NCBI RefSeq assembly: GCF_009914755.1 | Contig: NC_060925.1 | Reading direction: 5' to 3' (one strand) | Origin: the human T2T-CHM13v2.0 reference genome, Homo sapiens | Length of the DNA stretch: 64,000 bases | Part shown: in pieces, positions 13,301 to 28,300 of the stretch | How the letters are laid out: the number at the start of each line of letters is the position of its first letter | Numbering within the stretch: the stretch's first letter is position 1 | Translations under genes and position numbers: made by a program | Notes under the pieces: generated by a model | Seen by the model: only the letters and a program-made list of their open reading frames with translations | The model's database searches: none | What the model was told of the DNA's origin: nothing

Positions 13301-16300
13301 AACATCAAATGGAATCAAATGGAATCATTGAACGGAATTGAATGGAATCGTCATCGAATGAATTGAATGCAATCATCGAATGGTCTCGAATGGAATCATC
13401 TTCAAATGGAATGGAATGGAATCATCGCATAGAATCGAATGGAATTATCATCGAATGGAATCGAATGGAATCAACATCAAACGGAAAAAAACGGAATTAT
13501 CGAATGGAATCGAAGAGAATCATCGAATGGACCCGAATGGAATCATCTAATGGAATGGAATGGAATAATCCATGGACTCGAATGCAATCATCATCCAATG
13601 GAATCGAATGGAATCATCGAATGGACTCGAATGGAATAATCATTGAATGGAATCGAATGGAATCATCATAGGATGGAAATGAATGGAATCATCATCGAAT
13701 GGAATCGAATAGAATTATGGAATGAAATCCAGTGTGATCATCATCGAATGGACCCGAATGGAATCATCATCCAACGGAAGCTAATGGAATCAACATCGAA
13801 TGAATCGAATGGAAACACCATCGAATTGAAACGAATGGAATTATCATGAAATTGAAATGGATGGACTCATCATCGAATGGATTCGAATGGAATCATCGAA
13901 TAAAATTGATTGAAATCATCATCCAATGGAATCGAATGGTATCATTGAATGGAATCGAATGGAATCATCATCAGATGGAAATGAATGGAATCGTCATAGA
14001 ATGGAATCGAATGGATTCATTGAATGGAATCAGATGGAATCATCGAATGGACTGGAATGGAATCATTGAATGGACTCGAAAGGGATCATTATTGAATGGA
14101 ATTGAATGGAATCATCGAATGGTCTCGATTGGAATCATTATCAAATGGAATCGAATGGAATCACCGAATAGAATCGAATGGAACAATCATCGAATGGACT
14201 CAAATGGAATTATCCTCCAATGGAATCGAATGGAATTATCGAATGCAATCGAATGGAATTATCGAATGCAATCGAATAGAATCATCGAATGGACTCGAAT
14301 GGAATCATCAAATGGAATGGAATGGAACAGTCAATGAACTCGAATGGAATCATCATTGAATGGAATCGAATGGAATCATCGAGTGGAATCGAATGGAATT
14401 ATGATCAAATGGAATCGAATGTAATCATCATCAAATGGAATCAAAAATAACCATCATCAATTGGTATTGAATGGAATTGTCATCAAATGGAATTCAAAGG
14501 AATCATCATCAAATGGAACCGAATGGAATCCTCATTGAATGGAAATGAAAGGGGTCATCATCTAATGGAATCGCATGGAATCATCATCAAATGGAATCGA
14601 ATGGAATCATCATCAAATGGAATCTAATGGAATCATTGAACAGAATTGAATGGAATCGTCATCGAATGAATTGAATGCAATCATCGAATGGTCTCTAATG
14701 GAATCATCTTCTAATGGAAAGGAATGGAATCATCGCATAGAATCGAATGGAATTATCATCGAATGGAATCGAATGGTATCAACACCAAACGGAAAAAAAA
14801 CGGAATTATCGAATGGAATCGAAGAGAATCTTCGAACGGACCCGAATGGAATCATCTAATGGAATGGAATGGAATAATCCATGAACTCGAATGCAATCAT
14901 CATCGAATGGAATCGAATGGAATCATCGAATGGACTCGAATGGAATAATCATTGAACGGAATCGAATGGAATCATCATCGGATGGAAACGAATGGAATCA
15001 TCATCGAATGGAAATGAAAGGAGTCATCATCTAATGGAATTGCATGGAATCATCATAAAATGGAATCGAATGGAATCAACATCAAATGGAATCAAATGGA
15101 ATCATTGAACGGAATTGAATGGAATCGTCATCGAATGAATTGACTGCAATCATCCAATGGTCTCGAATGGAATCATCTTCAAATGGAATGGAATGGAATC
15201 ATCGCATAGAATCGAATGGAATTATCATCGAATGGAATCGAATGGAATCAACATCAAACGGAAAAAAACGGAATTATCGAATGGAATCGAAGAGAATCAT
15301 CGAATGGCCCCGAATGGAATCATCTAATGGAATGGAATTGAATAATCGATGGACTCGAATGCAATCATCATCGAATGGAATCGAATCGAATCATCGAATG
15401 GACTCGAATGGAATAATCATTGAATGGAATCGAATGGAATCATCATCGGATGGAAATGAATGGAATCATCATCGAATGGAATCGAATAGAATTATGGAAT
15501 GAAATCCAGTGTGATCATCATCGAATGGACCCGAATGGAATCATCATCCAACGGAAGCTAATGGAATCAACATCGAATGAATCAAATGGAAACACCATCG
15601 AATTGAAACGAATGGAATTATCATGAAATTGAAATGGATGGACTCATCATCGAATGGATTCGAATGGAATCATCGAATAAAATTGATTGAAATCATCATC
15701 GAATGGAATCGAATGGTATCATTGAATGGAATCGAATGGAATCATCATCAGATGGAAATGAATGGAATCGTCATAGAATGGAATCGAATGGATTCATTGA
15801 ATGGAATCAGATGGAATCATCGAATGGACTGGAATGGAATCATTGAATGGACTCGAAAGGGATCATGATTGAATGGAATTGAATGGAATCATCGAATGGT
15901 CTCGATTGGAATCATTATCAAATGGAATCGAATGGAATCACCGAATAGAATCGAATGGAACAATCATCGAATGGACTCAAATGGAATTATCCTCCAATGG
16001 AATCGAATGGAATTATCGAATGCAATCGAATGGAATTATCGAATGCAATCGAATAGAATCATCGAATGGACTCGAATGGAATCATCATTGAATGGAATCG
16101 AATGGAATCATCGAGTGGAATCGAATGGAATTATGATCAAATGGAATCGAATGTAATCATCATCAAATGGAATCAAAAATAACCATCATCAATTGGTATT
16201 GAATGGAATTGTCATCAAATGGAATTCAAAGGAATCATCATCAAATGGAACCGAATGGAATCCTCATTGAATGGAAATGAAAGGGGTCATCATCTAATGG

Positions 16301-19300
16301 AATCGCATGGAATCATCATCAAATGGAATCGAATGGAATCATCATCAAATGGAATCTAATGGAATCATTGAACAGAATTGAATGGAATCGTCATCGAATG
16401 AATTGAATGCAATCATCGAATGGTCTCGAATGGAATCATCTTCTAATGGAAAGGAATGGAATCATCGCATAGAATCGAATGGAATTATCATCGAATGGAA
16501 TCGAATGGTATCAACACCAAACGGAAAAAAACGGAATTATCGAATGGAATCGAAGAGAATCTTCGAACGGACCCGAATGGAATCATCTAATGGAATGGAA
16601 TGGAATAATCCATGAACTCGAATGCAATCATCATCGAATGGAATCGAATGGAATCATCGAATGGACTCGAATGGAATAATCATTGAACGGAATCGAATGG
16701 AATCATCATCGGATGGAAACGAATGGAATCATCATCGAATGGAAATGAAAGGAGTCATCATCTAATGGAATTGCATGGAATCATCATAAAATGGAATCGA
16801 ATGGAATCAACATCAAATGGAATCAAATGGAATCATTGAACGGAATTGAATGGAATCGTCATCGAATGAATTGACTGCAATCATCCAATGGTCTCGAATG
16901 GAATCATCTTCAAATGGAATGGAATGGAATCATCGCATAGAATCGAATGGAATTATCATCGAATGGAATCGAATGGAATCAACATCAAACGGAAAAAAAC
17001 GGAATTATCGAATGGAATCGAAGAGAATCATCGAATGGACCCGAATGGAATCATCTAATGGAATGGAATGGAATAATCCATGGACTCGAATGCAATCATC
17101 ATCGAATGGAATCGAATGGAATCATCGAATGGACTCGAATGGAATAATCATTGAACGGAATCGAATGGAATCATCATCGGATGGATATGAATGGAATCAT
17201 CATCGAATGGAATCGAATAGAATTATGGAATGAAATCCAGTGTGATCATCATCGAATGGACCCGAATGGAATCATCATCCAACGGAAGCTAATGGAATCA
17301 ACATCGAATGAATCAAATGGAAACACCATCGAATTGAAACGAATGGAATTATCATGAAATTGAAATGGATGGACTCATCATCGAATGGATTCGAATGGAA
17401 TCATCGAATAAAATTGATTGAAATCATCATCGAATGGAATCGAATGGTATCAGTGAATGGAATCGAATGGAATCATCATCACATGGAAATGAATGGAATC
17501 GTCATAGAATGGAATCGAATGGATTCATTGAATGGAATCAGATGGAATCATCGAATGGACTGGAATGGAATCATTGAATGGACTCGAAAGGGATCATTAT
17601 TGAATGGAATTGAATGGAATCATCGAATGGTCTCGATTGGAATCATTATCAAATGGAATCGAATGGAATCACCGAATAGAATCGAATGGAACAATCATCG
17701 AATGGACTCAAATGGAATTATCCTCCAATGGAATCGAATGGAATTATCGAATGCAATCGAATGGAATTATCGAATGCAATCGAATAGAATCATCGAATGG
17801 ACTCGAATGGAATCATCAAATGGAATGGAATGGAACAGTCAATGAACTCGAATGGAATCATCATTGAATGGAATCGAATGGAATCATCGAGTGGAATCGA
17901 ATGGAATTATGATCAAATGGAATCGAATGTAATCATCATCAAATGGAATCAAAAATAACCATCATCAATTGGTATTGAATGGAATTGTCATCAAATGGAA
18001 TTCAAAGGAATCATCATCAAATGGAACCGAATGGAATCCTCATTGAATGGAAATGAAAGGGGTCATCATCTAATGGAATCGCATGGAATCATCATCAAAT
18101 GGAATCGAATGGAATCATCATCAAATGGAATCTAATGGAATCATTGAACAGAATTGAATGGAATCGTCATCGAATGAATTGAATGCAATCATCGAATGGT
18201 CTCGAATGGAATCATCTTCTAATGGAAAGGAATGGAATCATCGCATAGAATCGAATGGAATTATCATCGAATGGAATCGAATGGTATCAACACCAAACGG
18301 AAAAAAACGGAATTATCGAATGGAATCGAAGAGAATCTTCGAACGGACCCGAATGGAATCATCTAATGGAATGGAATGGAATAATCCATGAACTCGAATG
18401 CAATCATCATCGAATGGAATCGAATGGAATCATCGAATGGACTCGAATGGAATAATCATTGAACGGAATCGAATGGAATCATCATCGGATGGAAACGAAT
18501 GGAATCATCATCGAATGGAAATGAAAGGAGTCATCATCTAATGGAATTGCATGGAATCATCATAAAATGGAATCGAATGGAATCAACATCAAATGGAATC
18601 AAATGGAATCATTGAACGGAATTGAATGGAATCGTCATCGAATGAATTGAATGCAATCATCGAATGGTCTCGAATGGAATCATCTTCAAATGGAATGGAA
18701 TGGAATCATCGCATAGAATCGAATGGAATTATCATCGAATGGAATCGAATGGAATCAACATCAAACGGAAAAAAACGGAATTATCGAATGGAATCGAAGA
18801 GAATCATCGAATGGACCCGAATGGAATCATCTAATGGAATGGAATGGAATAATCCATGGACTCGAATGCAATCATCATCCAATGGAATCGAATGGAATCA
18901 TCGAATGGACTCGAATGGAATAATCATTGAATGGAATCGAATGGAATCATCATAGGATGGAAATGAATGGAATCATCATCGAATGGAATCGAATAGAATT
19001 ATGGAATGAAATCCAGTGTGATCATCATCGAATGGACCCGAATGGAATCATCATCCAACGGAAGCTAATGGAATCAACATCGAATGAATCGAATGGAAAC
19101 ACCATCGAATTGAAACGAATGGAATTATCATGAAATTGAAATGGATGGACTCATCATCGAATGGATTCGAATGGAATCATCGAATAAAATTGATTGAAAT
19201 CATCATCCAATGGAATCGAATGGTATCATTGAATGGAATCGAATGGAATCATCATCAGATGGAAATGAATGGAATCGTCATAGAATGGAATCGAATGGAT

Positions 19301-22300
19301 TCATTGAATGGAATCAGATGGAATCATCGAATGGACTGGAATGGAATCATTGAATGGACTCGAAAGGGATCATTATTGAATGGAATTGAATGGAATCATC
19401 GAATGGTCTCGATTGGAATCATTATCAAATGGAATCGAATGGAATCACCGAATAGAATCGAATGGAACAATCATCGAATGGACTCAAATGGAATTATCCT
19501 CCAATGGAATCGAATGGAATTATCGAATGCAATCGAATGGAATTATCGAATGCAATCGAATAGAATCATCGAATGGACTCGAATGGAATCATCAAATGGA
19601 ATGGAATGGAACAGTCAATGAACTCGAATGGAATCATCATTGAATGGAATCGAATGGAATCATCGAGTGGAATCGAATGGAATTATGATCAAATGGAATC
19701 GAATGTAATCATCATCAAATGGAATCAAAAATAACCATCATCAATTGGTATTGAATGGAATTGTCATCAAATGGAATTCAAAGGAATCATCATCAAATGG
19801 AACCGAATGGAATCCTCATTGAATGGAAATGAAAGGGGTCATCATCTAATGGAATCGCATGGAATCATCATCAAATGGAATCGAATGGAATCATCATCAA
19901 ATGGAATCTAATGGAATCATTGAACAGAATTGAATGGAATCGTCATCGAATGAATTGAATGCAATCATCGAATGGTCTCTAATGGAATCATCTTCTAATG
20001 GAAAGGAATGGAATCATCGCATAGAATCGAATGGAATTATCATCGAATGGAATCGAATGGTATCAACACCAAACGGAAAAAAAACGGAATTATCGAATGG
20101 AATCGAAGAGAATCTTCGAACGGACCCGAATGGAATCATCTAATGGAATGGAATGGAATAATCCATGAACTCGAATGCAATCATCATCGAATGGAATCGA
20201 ATGGAATCATCGAATGGACTCGAATGGAATAATCATTGAACGGAATCGAATGGAATCATCATCGGATGGAAACGAATGGAATCATCATCGAATGGAAATG
20301 AAAGGAGTCATCATCTAATGGAATTGCATGGAATCATCATAAAATGGAATCGAATGGAATCAACATCAAATGGAATCAAATGGAATCATTGAACGGAATT
20401 GAATGGAATCGTCATCGAATGAATTGACTGCAATCATCCAATGGTCTCGAATGGAATCATCTTCAAATGGAATGGAATGGAATCATCGCATAGAATCGAA
20501 TGGAATTATCATCGAATGGAATCGAATGGAATCAACATCAAACGGAAAAAAACGGAATTATCGAATGGAATCGAAGAGAATCATCGAATGGCCCCGAATG
20601 GAATCATCTAATGGAATGGAATTGAATAATCGATGGACTCGAATGCAATCATCATCGAATGGAATCGAATCGAATCATCGAATGGACTCGAATGGAATAA
20701 TCATTGAATGGAATCGAATGGAATCATCATCGGATGGAAATGAATGGAATCATCATCGAATGGAATCGAATAGAATTATGGAATGAAATCCAGTGTGATC
20801 ATCATCGAATGGACCCGAATGGAATCATCATCCAACGGAAGCTAATGGAATCAACATCGAATGAATCAAATGGAAACACCATCGAATTGAAACGAATGGA
20901 ATTATCATGAAATTGAAATGGATGGACTCATCATCGAATGGATTCGAATGGAATCATCGAATAAAATTGATTGAAATCATCATCGAATGGAATCGAATGG
21001 TATCATTGAATGGAATCGAATGGAATCATCATCAGATGGAAATGAATGGAATCGTCATAGAATGGAATCGAATGGATTCATTGAATGGAATCAGATGGAA
21101 TCATCGAATGGACTGGAATGGAATCATTGAATGGACTCGAAAGGGATCATGATTGAATGGAATTGAATGGAATCATCGAATGGTCTCGATTGGAATCATT
21201 ATCAAATGGAATCGAATGGAATCACCGAATAGAATCGAATGGAACAATCATCGAATGGACTCAAATGGAATTATCCTCCAATGGAATCGAATGGAATTAT
21301 CGAATGCAATCGAATGGAATTATCGAATGCAATCGAATAGAATCATCGAATGGACTCGAATGGAATCATCGAATGGAATGGAATGGAACAGTCAATGAAC
21401 TCGAATGGAATCATCATTGAATGGAATCGAATGGAATCATCGAGTGGAATCGAATGGAATTATGATCAAATGGAATCGAATGTAATCATCATCAAATGGA
21501 ATCAAAAATAACCATCATCAATTGGTATTGAATGGAATTGTCATCAAATGGAATTCAAAGGAATCATCATCAAATGGAACCGAATGGAATCCTCATTGAA
21601 TGGAAATGAAAGGGGTCATCATCTAATGGAATCGCATGGAATCATCATCAAATGGAATCGAATGGAATCATCATCAAATGGAATCTAATGGAATCATTGA
21701 ACAGAATTGAATGGAATCGTCATCGAATGAATTGAATGCAATCATCGAATGGTCTCGAATGGAATCATCTTCTAATGGAAAGGAATGGAATCATCGCATA
21801 GAATCGAATGGAATTATCATCGAATGGAATCGAATGGTATCAACACCAAACGGAAAAAAACGGAATTATCGAATGGAATCGAAGAGAATCTTCGAACGGA
21901 CCCGAATGGAATCATCTAATGGAATGGAATGGAATAATCCATGGACTCGAATGCAATCATCATCGAATGGAATCGAATGGAATCATCGAATGGACTCGAA
22001 TGGAAAAATCATTGAACGGAATCGAATGGAATCATCATCGGATGGAAACGAATGGAATCATCATCGAATGGAAATGAAAGGAGTCATCATCTAATGGAAT
22101 TGCATGGAATCATCATAAAATGGAATCGAATGGAATCAACATCAAATGGAATCAAATGGAATCATTGAACGGAATTGAATGGAATCGTCATCGAATGAAT
22201 TGAATGCAATCATCGAATGGTCTCGAATGGAATCATCTTCAAATGGAATGGAATGGAATCATCGCATAGAATCGAATGGAATTATCATCGAATGGAATCG

Positions 22301-25300
22301 AATGGAATCAACATCAAACGGAAAAAAACGGAATTATTGAATGGAATCGAAGAGAATCATCGAATGGACCCGAATGGAATCATCTAATGGAATGGAATGG
22401 AATAATCCATGGACTCGAATGCAATCATCATCCAATGGAATCGAATGGAATCATCGAATGGACTCGAATGGAATAATCATTGAACGGAATCGAATGGAAT
22501 CATCATCGGATGGAAATGAATGGAATCATCATCGAATGGAATCGAATAGAATTATGGAATGAAATCCAGTGTGATCATCATCGAATGGACCCGAATGGAA
22601 TCATCATCCAACGGAAGCTAATGGAATCAACATCGAATGAATCGAATGGAAACACCATCGAATTGAAACGAATGGAATTATCATGAAATTGAAATGGATG
22701 GACTCATCATCGAATGGATTCGAATGGAATCATCGAATAAAATTGATTGAAATCATCATCGAATGGAATCGAATGGTATCATTGAATGGAATCGAATGGA
22801 ATCATCATCAGATGGAAATGAATGGAATCGTCATAGAATGGAATCGAATGGATTCATTGAATGGAATCAGATGGAATCATCGAATGGACTGGAATGGAAT
22901 CATTGAATGGACTCGAAAGGGATCATGATTGAATGGAATTGAATGGAATCATCGAATGGTCTCGATTGGAATCATTATCAAATGGAATCGAATGGAATCA
23001 CCGAATAGAATCGAATGGAACAATCATCGAATGGACTCAAATGGAATTATCCTCCAATGGAATCGAATGGAATTATCGAATGCAATCGAATGGAATTATC
23101 GAATGCAATCGAATAGAATCATCGAATGGACTCGAATGGAATCATCGAATGGAATGGAATGGAACAGTCAATGAACTCGAATGGAATCATCATTGAATGG
23201 AATCGAATGGAATCATCGAGTGGAATCGAATGGAATTATGATCAAATGGAATCGAATGTAATCATCATCAAATGGAATCAAAAATAACCATCATCAATTG
23301 GTATTGAATGGAATTGTCATCAAATGGAATTCAAAGGAATCATCATCAAATGGAACCGAATGGAATCCTCATTGAATGGAAATGAAAGGGGTCATCATCT
23401 AATGGAATCGCATGGAATCATCATCAAATGGAATCGAATGGAATCATCATCAAATGGAATCTAATGGAATCATTGAACAGAATTGAATGGAATCGTCATC
23501 GAATGAATTGAATGCAATCATCGAATGGTCTCGAATGGAATCATCTTCTAATGGAAAGGAATGGAATCATCGCATAGAATCGAATGGAATTATCATCGAA
23601 TGGAATCGAATGGTATCAACACCAAACGGAAAAAAACGGAATTATCGAATGGAATCGAAGAGAATCTTCGAACGGACCCGAATGGAATCATCTAATGGAA
23701 TGGAATGGAATAATCCATGAACTCGAATGCAATCATCATCGAATGGAATCGAATGGAATCATCGAATGGACTCGAATGGAATAATCATTGAACGGAATCG
23801 AATGGAATCATCATCGGATGGAAACGAATGGAATCATCATCGAATGGAAATGAAAGGAGTCATCATCTAATGGAATTGCATGGAATCATCATAAAATGGA
23901 ATCGAATGGAATCAACATCAAATGGAATCAAATGGAATCATTGAACGGAATTGAATGGAATCGTCATCGAATGAATTGAATGCAATCATCGAATGGTCTC
24001 GAATGGAATCATCTTCAAATGGAATGGAATGGAATCATCGCATAGAATCGAATGGAATTATCATCGAATGGAATCGAATGGAATCAACATCAAACGGAAA
24101 AAAACGGAATTATCGAATGGAATCGAAGAGAATCATCGAATGGACCCGAATGGAATCATCTAATGGAATGGAATGGAATAATCCATGGACTCGAATGCAA
24201 TCATCATCCAATGGAATCGAATGGAATCATCGAATGGACTCGAATGGAATAATCATTGAATGGAATCGAATGGAATCATCATCGGATGGAAATGAATGGA
24301 ATCATCATCGAATGGAATCGAATAGAATTATGGAATGAAATCCAGTGTGATCATCATCGAATGGACCCGAATGGAATCATCATCCAACGGAAGCTAATGG
24401 AATCAACATCGAATGAATCGAATGGAAACACCATCGAATTGAAACGAATGGAATTATCATGAAATTGAAATGGATGGACTCATCATCGAATGGATTCGAA
24501 TGGAATCATCGAATAAAATTGATTGAAATCATCATCCAATGGAATCGAATGGTATCATTGAATGGAATCGAATGGAATCATCATCAGATGGAAATGAATG
24601 GAATCGTCATAGAATGGAATCGAATGGATTCATTGAATGGAATCAGATGGAATCATCGAATGGACTGGAATGGAATCATTGAATGGACTCGAAAGGGATC
24701 ATTATTGAATGGAATTGAATGGAATCATCGAATGGTCTCGATTGGAATCATTATCAAATGGAATCGAATGGAATCACCGAATAGAATCGAATGGAACAAT
24801 CATCGAATGGACTCAAATGGAATTATCCTCCAATGGAATCGAATGGAATTATCGAATGCAATCGAATGGAATTATCGAATGCAATCGAATAGAATCATCG
24901 AATGGACTCGAATGGAATCATCAAATGGAATGGAATGGAACAGTCAATGAACTCGAATGGAATCATCATTGAATGGAATCGAATGGAATCATCGAGTGGA
25001 ATCGAATGGAATTATGATCAAATGGAATCGAATGTAATCATCATCAAATGGAATCAAAAATAACCATCATCAATTGGTATTGAATGGAATTGTCATCAAA
25101 TGGAATTCAAAGGAATCATCATCAAATGGAACCGAATGGAATCCTCATTGAATGGAAATGAAAGGGGTCATCATCTAATGGAATCGCATGGAATCATCAT
25201 CAAATGGAATCGAATGGAATCATCATCAAATGGAATCTAATGGAATCATTGAACAGAATTGAATGGAATCGTCATCGAATGAATTGAATGCAATCATCGA

Positions 25301-28300
25301 ATGGTCTCTAATGGAATCATCTTCTAATGGAAAGGAATGGAATCATCGCATAGAATCGAATGGAATTATCATCGAATGGAATCGAATGGTATCAACACCA
25401 AACGGAAAAAAAACGGAATTATCGAATGGAATCGAAGAGAATCTTCGAACGGACCCGAATGGAATCATCTAATGGAATGGAATGGAATAATCCATGAACT
25501 CGAATGCAATCATCATCGAATGGAATCGAATGGAATCATCGAATGGACTCGAATGGAATAATCATTGAACGGAATCGAATGGAATCATCATCGGATGGAA
25601 ACGAATGGAATCATCATCGAATGGAAATGAAAGGAGTCATCATCTAATGGAATTGCATGGAATCATCATAAAATGGAATCGAATGGAATCAACATCAAAT
25701 GGAATCAAATGGAATCATTGAACGGAATTGAATGGAATCGTCATCGAATGAATTGACTGCAATCATCCAATGGTCTCGAATGGAATCATCTTCAAATGGA
25801 ATGGAATGGAATCATCGCATAGAATCGAATGGAATTATCATCGAATGGAATCGAATGGAATCAACATCAAACGGAAAAAAACGGAATTATCGAATGGAAT
25901 CGAAGAGAATCATCGAATGGCCCCGAATGGAATCATCTAATGGAATGGAATTGAATAATCGATGGACTCGAATGCAATCATCATCGAATGGAATCGAATC
26001 GAATCATCGAATGGACTCGAATGGAATAATCATTGAATGGAATCGAATGGAATCATCATCGGATGGAAATGAATGGAATCATCATCGAATGGAATCGAAT
26101 AGAATTATGGAATGAAATCCAGTGTGATCATCATCGAATGGACCCGAATGGAATCATCATCCAACGGAAGCTAATGGAATCAACATCGAATGAATCAAAT
26201 GGAAACACCATCGAATTGAAACGAATGGAATTATCATGAAATTGAAATGGATGGACTCATCATCGAATGGATTCGAATGGAATCATCGAATAAAATTGAT
26301 TGAAATCATCATCGAATGGAATCGAATGGTATCATTGAATGGAATCGAATGGAATCATCATCAGATGGAAATGAATGGAATCGTCATAGAATGGAATCGA
26401 ATGGATTCATTGAATGGAATCAGATGGAATCATCGAATGGACTGGAATGGAATCATTGAATGGACTCGAAAGGGATCATGATTGAATGGAATTGAATGGA
26501 ATCATCGAATGGTCTCGATTGGAATCATTATCAAATGGAATCGAATGGAATCACCGAATAGAATCGAATGGAACAATCATCGAATGGACTCAAATGGAAT
26601 TATCCTCCAATGGAATCGAATGGAATTATCAAATGCAATCGAATGGAATTATCGAATGCAATCGAATAGAATCATCGAATGGACTCGAATGGAATCATCG
26701 AATGGAATGGAATGGAACAGTCAATGAACTCGAATGGAATCATCATTGAATGGAATCGAATGGAATCATCGAGTGGAATCGAATGGAATTATGATCAAAT
26801 GGAATCGAATGTAATCATCATCAAATGGAATCAAAAATAACCATCATCAATTGGTATTGAATGGAATTGTCATCAAATGGAATTCAAAGGAATCATCATC
26901 AAATGGAACCGAATGGAATCCTCATTGAATGGAAATGAAAGGGGTCATCATCTAATGGAATCGCATGGAATCATCATCAAATGGAATCGAATGGAATCAT
27001 CATCAAATGGAATCTAATGGAATCATTGAACAGAATTGAATGGAATCGTCATCGAATGAATTGTATGCAATCATCGAATGGTCTCGAATGGAATCATCTT
27101 CTAATGGAAAGGAATGGAATCATCGCATAGAATCGAATGGAATTATCATCGAATGGAATCGAATGGTATCAACACCAAACGGAAAAAAAACGGAATTATC
27201 GAATGGAATCGAAGAGAATCTTCGAACGGACCCGAATGGAATCATCTAATGGAATGGAATGGAATAATCCATGAACTCGAATGCAATCATCATCGAATGG
27301 AATCGAATGGAATCATCGAATGGACTCGAATGGAATAATCATTGAACGGAATCGAATGGAATCATCATCGGATGGAAACGAATGGAATCATCATCGAATG
27401 GAAATGAAAGGAGTCATCATCTAATGGAATTGCATGGAATCATCATAAAATGGAATCGAATGGAATCAACATCAAATGGAATCAAATGGAATCATTGAAC
27501 GGAATTGAATGGAATCGTCATCGAATGAATTGACTGCAATCATCCAATGGTCTCGAATGGAATCATCTTCAAATGGAATGGAATGGAATCATCGCATAGA
27601 ATCGAATGGAATTATCATCGAATGGAATCGAATGGAATCAACATCAAACGGAAAAAAACGGAATTATCGAATGGAATCGAAGAGAATCATCGAATGGACC
27701 CGAATGGAATCATCTAATGGAATGGAATGGAATAATCCATGGACTCGAATGCAATCATCATCGAATGGAATCGAATGGAATCATCGAATGGACTCGAATG
27801 GAATAATCATTGAACGGAATCGAATGGAATCATCATCGGATGGATATGAATGGAATCATCATCGAATGGAATCGAATAGAATTATGGAATGAAATCCAGT
27901 GTGATCATCATCGAATGGACCCGAATGGAATCATCATCCAACGGAAGCTAATGGAATCAACATCGAATGAATCAAATGGAAACACCATCGAATTGAAACG
28001 AATGGAATTATCATGAAATTGAAATGGATGGACTCATCATCGAATGGATTCGAATGGAATCATCGAATAAAATTGATTGAAATCATCATCCAATGGAATC
28101 GAATGGTATCAGTGAATGGAATCGAATGGAATCATCATCACATGGAAATGAATGGAATCGTCATAGAATGGAATCGAATGGATTCATTGAATGGAATCAG
28201 ATGGAATCATCGAATGGACTGGAATGGAATCATTGAATGGACTCGAAAGGGATCATTATTGAATGGAATTGAATGGAATCATCGAATGGTCTCGATTGGA

